A stretch of DNA of 64,000 bases from Deltaproteobacteria bacterium (GTDB lineage Bacteria > SAR324 > NAC60-12), in NCBI GenBank assembly GCA_038150265.1, contig JAYOTF010000001.1, positions 98,092-162,091 of the forward strand, read 5' to 3'. This document shows, piece by piece, positions 9,740-19,131 of this stretch. Made by a program: the position numbers and the translations under genes. Within the stretch, counting starts at the first letter, position 1. Every line of letters begins with the position of its first letter. Below the pieces are notes generated by a model that ran no database searches, was not told the origin of the DNA, and saw nothing but the letters and a program-made list of their open reading frames with translations.

Positions 9740-10889
9740 GCACCTCCCCCTCATCCAAGCAGCCGGCCTGAAGGAGGTCCTCCTCGAACACCGGGCCCTG
9801 AGCCGGCTCGGCACCCTGGAGACTCCAGAGCTTCAAAGCCTGCTCCAGCAGGTTCAGGCATCCGGACTCCGTCCCATCCTCCTCTGGGACGTGCTGGCAG
9901 ATCCGCGTACCTTCGCCTCCGGAATCCAAACGCTGGAGGAACTGAAGCTTCCGGAAGACCTGACGATCCGGGCACAAGACGCTGGAATCGCTGAGTGGGT
10001 TCGGAGCGAGCGTCCGGACTGGAAGCTGCACTGGCTGGTGGAAGGCAACACCCACAACCTCGTTGGCCTGAAGCGCTGGGAGCAGGCCTTTGGGCAGAGC
10101 CTCACACGGCTGGTCCTCTCTTCCGAGCTTCCGGGAGCGCTGCAACAGCACTACGCCGAGCAACTCGGGACCCCCTGCGAAACCCTGGGCGCAGGACGCC
10201 TGCTGCTCTTTCACAGCCCCCGTCCCCTCCTCTCCGCTCAAACGGCTCCAGCTCTTCAGCAGGAACGCCAAATCAGCACCGATGCCCAGGGACGGCACCC
10301 TCATCCGGTGCTGGAAAACCAACACGGCACCTTCATGTTTCACAACCGGGACCTGGTGATCCTCGACCGTCTCGCCGAGGTGTCCGCTCTTCAGACGATC
10401 CGGATCGACCTCCGGTTTCATGCTGATTTTTCCGTGCTTCCAGAATTGATCCTCCTCGCTCGGCAGGCCGTGGAGGGACCTCTTTCCGCTGAAGCGTCTC
10501 AGCGCCTGAACACGCTGTGGCCCACCCGCACCACACATGGCTTCTTCCGGACCAACCGGACGGAGCGCCCCATTGAGCGCCTCCGGAACCCGCACCGCCA
10601 AGCCCGGGGCGAAAACCTCGTTGCCTCCGTGGTGGAGGCCGTCAAGCGAGAGCACCTGGCCCTCTTGACCCGCAAGCCCCTTCAGCAGGGCCAGGCGCTT
10701 CTGGCACGGACCCCAAACGGCAAGGAAGTCGCCTTTACCGTCACCGACCTGCGGGACGCCTCTGGCACTCCTCAGGAAGCCGTTCCGGCGGGCACCCTCT
10801 GTTTGATCCCGCACCTCAAGTACCTCACCCCGCAAACGCTGATCTACCAAATCGGAACCGTTTCTCCGCAAGCACCCCCTTCCTCCTGA
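9708..10889 (+). CDS. Peptidase-U32-family-like protein (divergent, signature cysteines absent)
   Basis: Blocks TRLVLSSELP, GTFMFHNRDL and IRIDLRFH align with U32 (YhbU/YegQ-type) blocks TRVILSRELS, GTYIMNSKDL and LKIEGRTK. The Cys-rich U32 signature is not present. Confidence 0.5.
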   Translation: MEFTTHLQNPEHLPLIQAAGLKEVLLEHRALSRLGTLETPELQSLLQQVQASGLRPILLWDVLADPRTFASGIQTLEELKLPEDLTIRAQDAGIAEWVRSERPDWKLHWLVEGNTHNLVGLKRWEQAFGQSLTRLVLSSELPGALQQHYAEQLGTPCETLGAGRLLLFHSPRPLLSAQTAPALQQERQISTDAQGRHPHPVLENQHGTFMFHNRDLVILDRLAEVSALQTIRIDLRFHADFSVLPELILLARQAVEGPLSAEASQRLNTLWPTRTTHGFFRTNRTERPIERLRNPHRQARGENLVASVVEAVKREHLALLTRKPLQQGQALLARTPNGKEVAFTVTDLRDASGTPQEAVPAGTLCLIPHLKYLTPQTLIYQIGTVSPQAPPSS

Positions 10890-10971
10890 GTGAAGGCACC
10901 AGACTTTGCTTGTAAGTTCACCCGCTGGAAGCTAATTTGGTGCGTTTGAATTCAAGTTTTTCCCAAAGATC

Positions 10972-11964
10972 ATGGTGTGGGTTCACACCAACTCTCCACA
11001 GCCCCTTCACATGCAAGTCATCGACTCCGCTGAAGAACCAATCGCTCCTGTTCCAGCGGTTGTGACTCTGGGAAACTTTGATGGCTTTCACCTGGGGCAC
11101 CAGGCTCTGGTGGACGCAGTGGTCCGGGATGCCCGGCAGATTGGCTGCCAGGCGGCGCTGGTTACGTTTGACCCGCACCCGCAGGAAGTGGTTCACACCA
11201 ACAAGCAGGTCCCACGGATCTGCACACCGGAGCTGCGGCTGCGAGGCTTCAGCCAGTCCGGACTGGATGCCGTCCATGTGATTCCCTTCACCCGCGAGCT
11301 GGCGGACCTGGATGCTGAGGAATTTGCGCGACGGTTTCTGCTGGAGCGGTTCCAGCTTGAGAAGGTTGTCATCGGGTACGACTTCCGCTTTGGCAAAAAC
11401 CGGGGGGGCGACTTCAAACTGCTGGAGGCCCTGAGTCAGCAGCAGCACTTTGCTCTGGAAGAGGTCCCGCCGGTGCAAGTCGAGCAACAGACCGTCAGCA
11501 GCACGCTGATCCGTCAATTGCTCCAGGAGTACCGGTTTGGCGACATTCCCACCTACCTGGGACGCCCCCACAGCCTGCTCGGAACAGTGGTCACCGGAGA
11601 ACAACGGGGCCGGCAGCTGGGAACTCCAACGGCAAACCTGATTCCACAGGTGCCACTGGCGCTTCCCAATGGCGTGTATGCCTCTCGGCTGCAGGTCGGT
11701 GGCCAGATTCGGTATGGCGTCACCAATGTGGGACAGAAGCCCACCTTTGGGGTCCATGCCACCACGGTGGAGACGTGGATTTTCGATTTCGATGACGACA
11801 TCTATGGAGAAACCCTGGAGGTGTGGCCCATCCACCACCTGCGGGACGAGCAGAAGTTCTCCAGCCTTGATGCGCTCATCCGACAGATTCACCAGGACGC
11901 GGAACAGGCCAGGGACCTGCTGGCTCATTCAGAGGTGCTCCCTCGCCTGTTTCCAGCTCCTTAA
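10972..11964 (+). CDS. ribF: Bifunctional riboflavin kinase / FMN adenylyltransferase
   Basis: VVTLGNFDGFHLGHQALV is the adenylyltransferase motif. The C-terminal riboflavin kinase region includes TGEQRGRQLGTPTANL. An alternative start at 11011 is possible. Confidence 0.85.
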   Translation: MVWVHTNSPQPLHMQVIDSAEEPIAPVPAVVTLGNFDGFHLGHQALVDAVVRDARQIGCQAALVTFDPHPQEVVHTNKQVPRICTPELRLRGFSQSGLDAVHVIPFTRELADLDAEEFARRFLLERFQLEKVVIGYDFRFGKNRGGDFKLLEALSQQQHFALEEVPPVQVEQQTVSSTLIRQLLQEYRFGDIPTYLGRPHSLLGTVVTGEQRGRQLGTPTANLIPQVPLALPNGVYASRLQVGGQIRYGVTNVGQKPTFGVHATTVETWIFDFDDDIYGETLEVWPIHHLRDEQKFSSLDALIRQIHQDAEQARDLLAHSEVLPRLFPAP

Positions 11965-11997
11965 TTTCGGCGCTTTGTTGACCTCAGGATTCCTGCC

Positions 11998-12627
11998 ATG
12001 TCGATTTACTCCGAAATCATCCCGGTCTTTCCGTTAGGGGGAAGCATCTTGTTGCCTCAGGCCATTCTGCCGCTTCACATCTTTGAGCCCCGATACCGCC
12101 AGATGGTTGAGCACGCCATGAGTGAAGAGTCTCTGATTGGCATGATTCAGCCAGTCAGCTCGGCCTCAGAGGAACTGCATCAGGTGGGGTGCCTGGGAAA
12201 GATCGAGGAGTTTCAGAAGCTTCCCAATGAGAACTACCTGATTCAACTCCATGGGGTCATCCGCTTTCAGCTGCTCCACGAGGTGGAGACCGATACCCTG
12301 TTTCGCCAGTTTCGGGTCAGCTACCAGGACTTTGAGGTGGACCTGAAGGAGCCGCAGCTTCCGGAAGATCCGGAGCGCCTCAGCCAGGCCTTTCAGAACT
12401 ACACAGAAAAGAAGCAACTCCAGATCGAGTGGGAGAAGATCAAGTCCATCCCGCTCCACTTTCTGGTCAACATCCTCTGCATGAACCTTGACTTCGGGAA
12501 CCTCGAGAAGCAGGCTCTCCTTGAGAGTCCGGACCTCGTCAACCGCACAGAGAACCTCATCACCTTGATGGAGATGGCAGTGGCTGAAGAGTTCCACGGA
12601 GACGACCTTTCCAATCAAATCAACTGA
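11998..12627 (+). CDS. Stand-alone LON N-terminal (substrate-binding) domain protein
   Basis: IPVFPLGGSILLPQAILPLHIFEPRYRQMV is typical of the Lon N domain. No AAA+ or protease domain follows. Confidence 0.75.
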   Translation: MSIYSEIIPVFPLGGSILLPQAILPLHIFEPRYRQMVEHAMSEESLIGMIQPVSSASEELHQVGCLGKIEEFQKLPNENYLIQLHGVIRFQLLHEVETDTLFRQFRVSYQDFEVDLKEPQLPEDPERLSQAFQNYTEKKQLQIEWEKIKSIPLHFLVNILCMNLDFGNLEKQALLESPDLVNRTENLITLMEMAVAEEFHGDDLSNQIN

Positions 12628-12637
12628 CAAAGCTCGC

Positions 12638-13639
12638 ATGCGCTCATTCCTGATCAGCCTCTTCCTTCTGGGACTTCCTCTGCTTGCTGGAGCCGAACCC
12701 TCCCCGTACAGCCCCAACCCCACAGTCGCGACCCTGAACGATCAGCAGGTCACCCTCGAAACCCTACGGAACAAGCAGATCCAGGACCTGAACCAGCAGC
12801 TGCACGACGCCCTCTATCAGCAATTGATTGAGTATAGCGTCACCGAATTAGCCAAAACGCATGAGGAGATCGAGGCCAATCCGCAGGTTGAGATCTCTGA
12901 TGCCGAGGTGGCAAGCTTCTACAACCTTTCGGGCCTGAAAAGCCGAGGCACCCTGAGCCAGCTGGCTCCGCAGATCCGGGGGTTCATGGAACAACAGGTG
13001 CGAGCAGAGCACTTTCAGAAGCAGTTTGCCCTCGCCCAGGAAAAGGGCTGGGTGACGTCCTACCTGGAGCCGCCCTCCGAATTTTTGCTCGAAGCCAACA
13101 TCAAGACCGCATACGTCCGGGGCAACACCGACGCAAAGGTGATGATGCTGGAGTTCTCTGATTACCAGTGTCCCTTCTGCCTGCGCGTTCAGGAGTCGAT
13201 CGGCAACCTGATCGAGGCTTATGGCGACCGGGTTGCCTTTGGGTACCGGCACTTTCCCCTGACCTTCCACACAGAAGCGGATGAAGCAGCAGTCGCTTCC
13301 GAATGTGCTCGGGAGCAGGGCAAGTTTGAGCCCCTGCACGACCTGCTCTACAAACGGCAGAAGGCTCAGTTCCCAAAGAACCTCAAGGCTTATGGCCGGG
13401 AGATTCAGATCAAGGACGTGGAGGCGTACGACGCCTGCATTGATGAAGACCGTTACCGGCAGCAGGTGAACCAAGACATCGAAGACGGCATGGCCCTCGG
13501 CATCAACGGCACTCCCGGATTCATCATTGGGCTGTACGACCCGGAGACTCAGACGGTCAAGGGCGAGCTGCTCTCTGGCGCCCAGCCGTACCAGAAATTT
13601 GTCGAACTCCTGGAAAAGTACCTGGGGCGTCAGTCTTAA
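12638..13639 (+). CDS. Secreted DsbA-family thiol:disulfide oxidoreductase
   Basis: Signal peptide MRSFLISLFLLGLPLLAGA. A CPFC active-site motif lies in a thioredoxin fold (SDYQCPFCLRVQ). Confidence 0.75.
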   Translation: MRSFLISLFLLGLPLLAGAEPSPYSPNPTVATLNDQQVTLETLRNKQIQDLNQQLHDALYQQLIEYSVTELAKTHEEIEANPQVEISDAEVASFYNLSGLKSRGTLSQLAPQIRGFMEQQVRAEHFQKQFALAQEKGWVTSYLEPPSEFLLEANIKTAYVRGNTDAKVMMLEFSDYQCPFCLRVQESIGNLIEAYGDRVAFGYRHFPLTFHTEADEAAVASECAREQGKFEPLHDLLYKRQKAQFPKNLKAYGREIQIKDVEAYDACIDEDRYRQQVNQDIEDGMALGINGTPGFIIGLYDPETQTVKGELLSGAQPYQKFVELLEKYLGRQS

Positions 13640-13661
13640 CCCGTCGTTCGGAAGCTCCGTT

Positions 13662-15071
13662 ATGGAAAACCTGGAAGCCTTACGCCACTCACTGGAGCAG
13701 ATTCAGGCTCCGCGGATCCTGGTCCTTGGGGACCTGATGCTGGACCGCTACTCCTGGGGCGCTGTGGATCGCATCTCTCCGGAGGCACCGATTCCGGTCC
13801 TGAGGGTGGTCCGCGAAGACCAGCGCCTTGGAGGTGCGGGAAACGTCATGATGAACCTGGTCGCCCTGGGAGCGCAGGTTCAGGCATGTGGCCTGATTGG
13901 GCAGGATGAGTCTGGACGGACCATCCGGGAAATCCTGGAGCAGAACCACATTGATGCTTCCGGGGTGCTCGAGTCTGATTCGTACAAGACCGTCCTCAAG
14001 CACCGAATGATCTCCGGGCACACGCACCTCTTGCGCATGGACATGGACCCTGCCGCAGGGTACTCGCTTCCAACAGCAGAAGAAGCCCAGATCCTGAATT
14101 TCCTCAAGGAACGGGTCACCGAAGTGGACGCCATTGTGGTCTCTGACTACGGAAAGGGCCTGCTCACCGAGAACCTGCTCCGGTCGGTTGCTGCGCTGGG
14201 AAAGACTCACCAGATTCCGGTGGTCGGCGATCCCCGACGAGGCATTGATTACGGCATCTACCAGGACTTCACCCTCATCAAGCCCAACCGCAAGGAAACC
14301 GAGCAGGCCGTTGGGTTTGGTCTCAACGACCGCAACAGCATCCTCCGGGCGGCCCAGCACCTGAAGTTTCAGGTGGGGCTGGAGTACGTCATCATCAGCC
14401 TCGACAAAGACGGCCTCCTGCTGTTCAAGGACCCGCAGACCTTCCAGTTCTTTGATGCGGAATCACAAGAGGTCTTTGACGTCGTGGGTGCCGGAGACAT
14501 GGTCATCAGCGTCCTCTGCTTCATGCTTGCCGGCAAGGCTCCGATTGAGCATGCGGCCTACTGGTCGCAGCTGGCAGCAAGCATGGAAATCCAGCACGTT
14601 GGGGTGGTGTCGTTTACCAAGCCCGAGCTGCTGCACCGCTTTGACTTCGGAGAGACGTCGTCCAAGATTGTCACCCTGGAGCAGCTTTCCCGGCACCTGG
14701 CTCAGCAGGAGCAGCCGGTCGTCTTCACCAACGGCTACTTCGACGACCTCAGCGCCGGACACCTGAAGTTCCTCCACCAGCTCAAGGTCCTCCGGGGCTT
14801 CAACGTGGTGGCCATCAACAGTGACCGAGTCATTGCCGAACAGAAGGGGCAGCCTCCGCTCCTGAATGAGCGAGAGCGCGCCATGCTCCTTTCTTCCATT
14901 GAAGCCGTGGACCGTGTGGTGATCTTCGACGAGGTCGACGCCAGCCGCATGATTGAACGCATCCGCCCGCAAGTCGTGGTGAAGGGAGAGCGCTACCGAA
15001 GCGCGGACCTTCCGGAAGCAAACGCCATCACCGAGGTCGGTGCCCGGATTGAGTACCTCAAGGAATACTAA
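13662..15071 (+). CDS. hldE: Bifunctional D-beta-D-heptose 7-phosphate kinase / D-beta-D-heptose 1-phosphate adenylyltransferase
   Basis: PfkB-type kinase N-terminal domain (ILVLGDLMLDRY...GGAGNV) and cytidylyltransferase C-terminal domain (VVFTNGYFDDLSAGHLKFL). Start placed at the in-frame ATG at 13662, after the upstream gene's stop. Confidence 0.85.
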   Translation: MENLEALRHSLEQIQAPRILVLGDLMLDRYSWGAVDRISPEAPIPVLRVVREDQRLGGAGNVMMNLVALGAQVQACGLIGQDESGRTIREILEQNHIDASGVLESDSYKTVLKHRMISGHTHLLRMDMDPAAGYSLPTAEEAQILNFLKERVTEVDAIVVSDYGKGLLTENLLRSVAALGKTHQIPVVGDPRRGIDYGIYQDFTLIKPNRKETEQAVGFGLNDRNSILRAAQHLKFQVGLEYVIISLDKDGLLLFKDPQTFQFFDAESQEVFDVVGAGDMVISVLCFMLAGKAPIEHAAYWSQLAASMEIQHVGVVSFTKPELLHRFDFGETSSKIVTLEQLSRHLAQQEQPVVFTNGYFDDLSAGHLKFLHQLKVLRGFNVVAINSDRVIAEQKGQPPLLNERERAMLLSSIEAVDRVVIFDEVDASRMIERIRPQVVVKGERYRSADLPEANAITEVGARIEYLKEY

Positions 15072-15100
15072 CCCCGTCATCACTTACACGAGAGAGCCCA

Positions 15101-16393
15101 ATGAGCGTCAATATCGATGATGTCCAAAGCCTGGTGGACCGCCAGAATCAGTGGCGAGGCCAGGAAGCCATCAACCTCATCGCCAGCGAAAACGTCCAGT
15201 CTCCAGCTGTCAAACAGATTGAGGCCAACGACTTCATGGGCCGATATGCTGAAGGGCACCCGAACACCCCAGACGCAGACCGACGCTACTACGAAGGCAC
15301 GCAGTACATTGACGAAATTGAAGCCATGGCCACCCGGGAGTTTCTGGAACTTGCCGGCTGCAAGCAGGCAGACGTCCGCCCCATCAGCGGGAATGCGTCC
15401 AATACCGCAGTGGCGCTGGCTCTGCTCCGGGGAGGGGATACCGTCATCGTCAACTCCATTGATGTCGGAGGACACATCAGCCACAACCCCATTGGGGTGG
15501 TGGGGCGTCGCATTCAGGTCCGGGGTCAGGCGTTGCTTCCCGGACGGGACAACACCATCAACCTGCACTTCTGGCCCACGACTGAAGACGGCTGGCACCT
15601 TGACCCCGCAAAGTGCGTGGACCTTGTGGAGCAGACCAACCCCAACATGGTGCTGCTGGGCAAGAGCCTGTTCCTCTTCCCGGAACCCGTCACCGAAATT
15701 GCAGAGGTCTGCCGGGCCAAGGGCATTCCGCTCCTCTACGACGGCGCTCACGTGCTTGGCCTGATCCTCGGCGGGCAGTTCCAGAATCCGTTTGCTGAAG
15801 GCGCTCACTTCATCAACGCCAGCACCCACAAGACCTTCCCGGGACCTCAGCGGGGAGTCATTCTCGGAAACCTGGAAGGGGAAAAGGAGTTGAAGTGGTG
15901 GGAGAGCATCGACCGAGGCGTCATGCCGGGCTCCTCCAGCAGCCACCACCTGCACACCCTGCCTGGGCTGCTGGTTGCCATCCGCGAAATGAAGGCTCAT
16001 GGCGCCGCCTATGCCGCTCAGACCGTCCGGAACGCTCAGGCGCTGGGACAGGCCCTCCACGATTCCGGAGTCCGTGTGGAAGCCGCCGAGTTTGGCTTTA
16101 CGCAGAGTCACCAAATCGCCCTCAATGTTTCGGCGTATGGTCCGGGAAAGGCGATTGCGCGTCGGCTTGCGGAAAACAACATCATCCTCAACTACAACAT
16201 GCTTCCGGGAGACACGGACGCTCGCAACCCAACCGGTCTGCGCATCGGTGTTCAGGAGATGACCCGCTACGGCATGAAGGAAGCCGAGATGGGAGAACTC
16301 GCGGAGCTGATGAAGGAGGTGCTGGAAGGAAAGGATGCGTCGGAAGGTGTGAAGCGACTCCGAAGCCGCTTCACGGAAGTGCAGTACTGCTGA
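15101..16393 (+). CDS. glyA: Serine hydroxymethyltransferase
   Basis: INLIASENVQSPAV, plus the PLP-lysine motif THKTFPGPQRG. Confidence 0.9.
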   Translation: MSVNIDDVQSLVDRQNQWRGQEAINLIASENVQSPAVKQIEANDFMGRYAEGHPNTPDADRRYYEGTQYIDEIEAMATREFLELAGCKQADVRPISGNASNTAVALALLRGGDTVIVNSIDVGGHISHNPIGVVGRRIQVRGQALLPGRDNTINLHFWPTTEDGWHLDPAKCVDLVEQTNPNMVLLGKSLFLFPEPVTEIAEVCRAKGIPLLYDGAHVLGLILGGQFQNPFAEGAHFINASTHKTFPGPQRGVILGNLEGEKELKWWESIDRGVMPGSSSSHHLHTLPGLLVAIREMKAHGAAYAAQTVRNAQALGQALHDSGVRVEAAEFGFTQSHQIALNVSAYGPGKAIARRLAENNIILNYNMLPGDTDARNPTGLRIGVQEMTRYGMKEAEMGELAELMKEVLEGKDASEGVKRLRSRFTEVQYC

Positions 16394-17605
16394 TCAGGCG
16401 GCCTCTGCCTGCTGAGACTTCTTGGCTCGGTGGAGGTACTGGTTGAGCTTGATCCGGACCAGCTGGTCCACGTCCCGGAACTTGAGGTGGAGGTTGTGGG
16501 CGCCTCCATTCCCCACCACCCGAACCACACTGGCGGCCATCACGCCTCGCAGGTTGGCCCGCGCCAGGTGGAACTCCATCACGTCGCCAGGGCTGATCTC
16601 CGGATTGGGCATCGAATTGATGATCACCATCATCCCACCGGCGCTCATGTCCACCACCTTGGCACTCACCGGAATCCGGACGCCAGGCTCCTTGCCAAAG
16701 TTCTTCTCCAGGTCGTACTGGGCTTCCTGAATGAAGCTGAAGTCCATGTTCATGCCAAGTGGAATGCGCTCAGACTCCCGGATGACCATCTTCCGAATGG
16801 AGTCGGTGTGCCCAAGCACCACCGCCGCATTTCCGTCGGTCAGCTGATCCAGCACCCGGACCTGAAACTCGTAGTCGGCATCCCCTTCCCGCCTCATCTG
16901 GCAGGAGACCTGCGGGAACTGCTTCATGTTGGCCGGCCGCTTCTTCACCATCGGTGGCTTGATCAAAAAGCGATCCTCATGCACCTCCAGAACCGTGGTG
17001 ATGAAGTTCACCATCTTGTTCTTGTGCACCAACTGGCACTCCAGCCGAATGTTCGGAACCAGCATCTGGGTCAACAGAAAGGGCACCTCCGGATTCTTGA
17101 CGTTAAAGGTCAGGCTGGTCCGGAGCTGAGCGACCTTGGGCAACTTGTCTGGCTTGAACCGGGGAGACGACTTGTAGGCGGCCACCTGCTGCTCAAACAG
17201 CTTCGGGTCCTTTACCACCGGAAGCAGCTCAATCGGATCGTCTGTGCCACAGAGCTCATGAAGGAAGTTCCGGGTGGTGTCTTCCACCTTCTTGCCCTCC
17301 AGCTCGGAGTCCAGGCCCATCTGAGCCTGCTCGTCCGCAATCTGCTCCATCTCGGCCTGGGCCTGCCGTTCGCGCAGGTAACGGATGCCGAAGACAGCGC
17401 CGGTGCTGCCAAACACCAGAATGAAGAGGGTGATCCAGAAAGAGATCGGCCACGATGAGGGCGGTGGCATGGCCTGGAACATGTTCTTGGTTTCCAGGTC
17501 GGAAAGCTTCATCTTGTCCTGGGCCTGGATCGTGGCAGCGCTCAGCAGCAGCACCCACGACCAGGCGCCTCTTTGGAGGAGGGACAGGCAACGGTTGATG
17601 GTCAT
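16394..17605 (-). CDS. Hypothetical membrane-anchored protein with possible degenerate PilZ-like C-terminal region
   Basis: N-terminal signal/TM segments. A DxSxGG-like motif VDMSAGGMMVI sits near the C-terminus, but there is no properly spaced RxxxR, so the PilZ assignment is weak. Confidence 0.4.
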   Translation of the reverse strand: MTINRCLSLLQRGAWSWVLLLSAATIQAQDKMKLSDLETKNMFQAMPPPSSWPISFWITLFILVFGSTGAVFGIRYLRERQAQAEMEQIADEQAQMGLDSELEGKKVEDTTRNFLHELCGTDDPIELLPVVKDPKLFEQQVAAYKSSPRFKPDKLPKVAQLRTSLTFNVKNPEVPFLLTQMLVPNIRLECQLVHKNKMVNFITTVLEVHEDRFLIKPPMVKKRPANMKQFPQVSCQMRREGDADYEFQVRVLDQLTDGNAAVVLGHTDSIRKMVIRESERIPLGMNMDFSFIQEAQYDLEKNFGKEPGVRIPVSAKVVDMSAGGMMVIINSMPNPEISPGDVMEFHLARANLRGVMAASVVRVVGNGGAHNLHLKFRDVDQLVRIKLNQYLHRAKKSQQAEAA

Positions 17606-17669
17606 CGGAACCTCATTTGGAACATTCCCATGGCAAGGCGGGAGAAGGGACTTCTCCTGGAATTTTGAA

Positions 17670-17712
17670 GAAAAGAATAGGGAAATCTCCCCCGGAGTAC
17701 AAGCCTCTCCGG
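17670..17712 (-). terminator. Candidate terminator downstream of pheA (minus strand)
   Basis: On the minus strand: CCGGAG-(9 nt)-CTCCGG followed by a T-rich stretch (ttcttttcttc). Confidence 0.25.
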
Positions 17713-17717
17713 AGCAA

Positions 17718-18560
17718 TCAGCTCATCTGGTCGTAGCTGCCGAGGACCCGAATGCGGAATTGCGACTGCAGCAGCGACTCCAGGCAGGCCTCTACACCAG
17801 TGGTGTTGTAGAAGTCCATGTAAAAGACATAAGCCCATGGAATCGTCTTGGAGGGGCGAGATTCGAGCCGGCAGAGGTTGATGCCGTGCCGCTTGAAGGT
17901 GCTGAGGAGTTCGTAGAGGAGACCGGAGCGGTCTTCGTGCAGTTCCACGAAGATGGAGGTCTTGTTGCGGGAGAAGTCAAAGGACTCCTCTGCAGCCATG
18001 CGCCGCACGACCAGGAAGCGAGTGGTGTTGTTGGAGTAGTCCTGAATGCCTTCCCGGAACACATGGGCGGGGTGCTTTTCGGCAAAAGACGTGGGCACCA
18101 CCGCTGCCCCCTGAAAGCCCGGCTCTTCCAGGGCCGCAAGGAACCGGACTCCGGAGTCCACATTACTGTCGGAAAAGACGCAGCGGGCCTGGGGGAGGTG
18201 CTTTGCCAGAAACTGGCTGGTCTGCTCGTAGGCCTGAGGATGCGCAAAGCAGGTCGAGGCCGCTTCAGGCGCGCCTTGAAGCAGCAACGAGTACCGGACC
18301 GGCACAATCACCTCTCCGATCACACAGAGGTGATCCGAGACAAGGGCATCCTGAATGGGGGCAATGGTTCCCGCAACGGAATTCTCAACTGGCACCACGC
18401 CTACACTTCCGGGCTCCTGAGAAACACTCAGCACAGCCTCCTGAAAGGTTCGGGTGTAGCGAATCGGGTGATCAGAGGAAAAGGCGAGGCGCGCCGCTTC
18501 ATCGCTGAAGGTCCCCTCGGGGCCCAACGTGTAAATGATGGAAGCGGCTTCAGTCATCAT
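17718..18560 (-). CDS. pheA: Prephenate dehydratase
   Basis: PDT domain (YTLGPEGTFSDEAAR) followed by an ACT domain with the ESRPSK motif. Start placed at the MMTEAAS methionines. Confidence 0.8.
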   Translation of the reverse strand: MMTEAASIIYTLGPEGTFSDEAARLAFSSDHPIRYTRTFQEAVLSVSQEPGSVGVVPVENSVAGTIAPIQDALVSDHLCVIGEVIVPVRYSLLLQGAPEAASTCFAHPQAYEQTSQFLAKHLPQARCVFSDSNVDSGVRFLAALEEPGFQGAAVVPTSFAEKHPAHVFREGIQDYSNNTTRFLVVRRMAAEESFDFSRNKTSIFVELHEDRSGLLYELLSTFKRHGINLCRLESRPSKTIPWAYVFYMDFYNTTGVEACLESLLQSQFRIRVLGSYDQMS

Positions 18561-18588
18561 GCGGGGAACAGGAAGGACTCCCACTCCC

Positions 18589-18780
18589 TCAGGCAGGCAT
18601 CGTGAAACCCGAGCGGATGCACTGCGTGCAGACTCGGCTCTTCATGCGGGTTCCGTCTCCAACAGGAATGCGGACCGTTTGCAAGTTCGGCATCCAGCGT
18701 CGCTTGGTCTTGTTATTGGCGTGGCTGACGTTGTTTCCGGTCCCCGGAGTTTTGCCACAGATATCGCATTTCACAGACAT
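18589..18780 (-). CDS. rpmB: 50S ribosomal protein L28
   Basis: MSVKCDICGKTPGTGNNVSHANNKTKRRWMPNLQ matches the L28 family. Start taken at MSVKCD. Confidence 0.85.
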   Translation of the reverse strand: MSVKCDICGKTPGTGNNVSHANNKTKRRWMPNLQTVRIPVGDGTRMKSRVCTQCIRSGFTMPA

Positions 18781-19131
18781 GAGGTGCACTCTCTTCAAAG
18801 TCGTGGTGTAGAAGTCAAACTTGACATCATAAGCCCTGAACCCGAAAAATCAATCAATTTCTCACTGCTTTCCCGGACAGGACAATCGCACAAAACAGGC
18901 TTCACCCTCCCTTTTCCAGAGACCCGCACAGACGGGTCCGGATGGAAGGCTCCCCCAATCAGCTGTCATTCCCATGAAAACGGGAATCCAGTTTTGCAAG
19001 GGGAAGGGCTCCAACCCCCAAGGCCCCCTTCATGCGATTGCCCGGGCTCTCTGGACATGGGTTGACACCCACGGACGGAGTTGCCAAGATTCGATTCGGC
19101 ACCACCTCCCACACCTCTCAAGAACCAGCTC

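Noticed and set aside
9582-10871. 429-aa minus-strand ORF, and the 1012-2151 minus-strand ORF
   Set aside because: Both are antisense to plus-strand genes with family-level similarity (the U32-like and J-domain protein genes). They have Arg/Gly/Pro-rich low-complexity composition.
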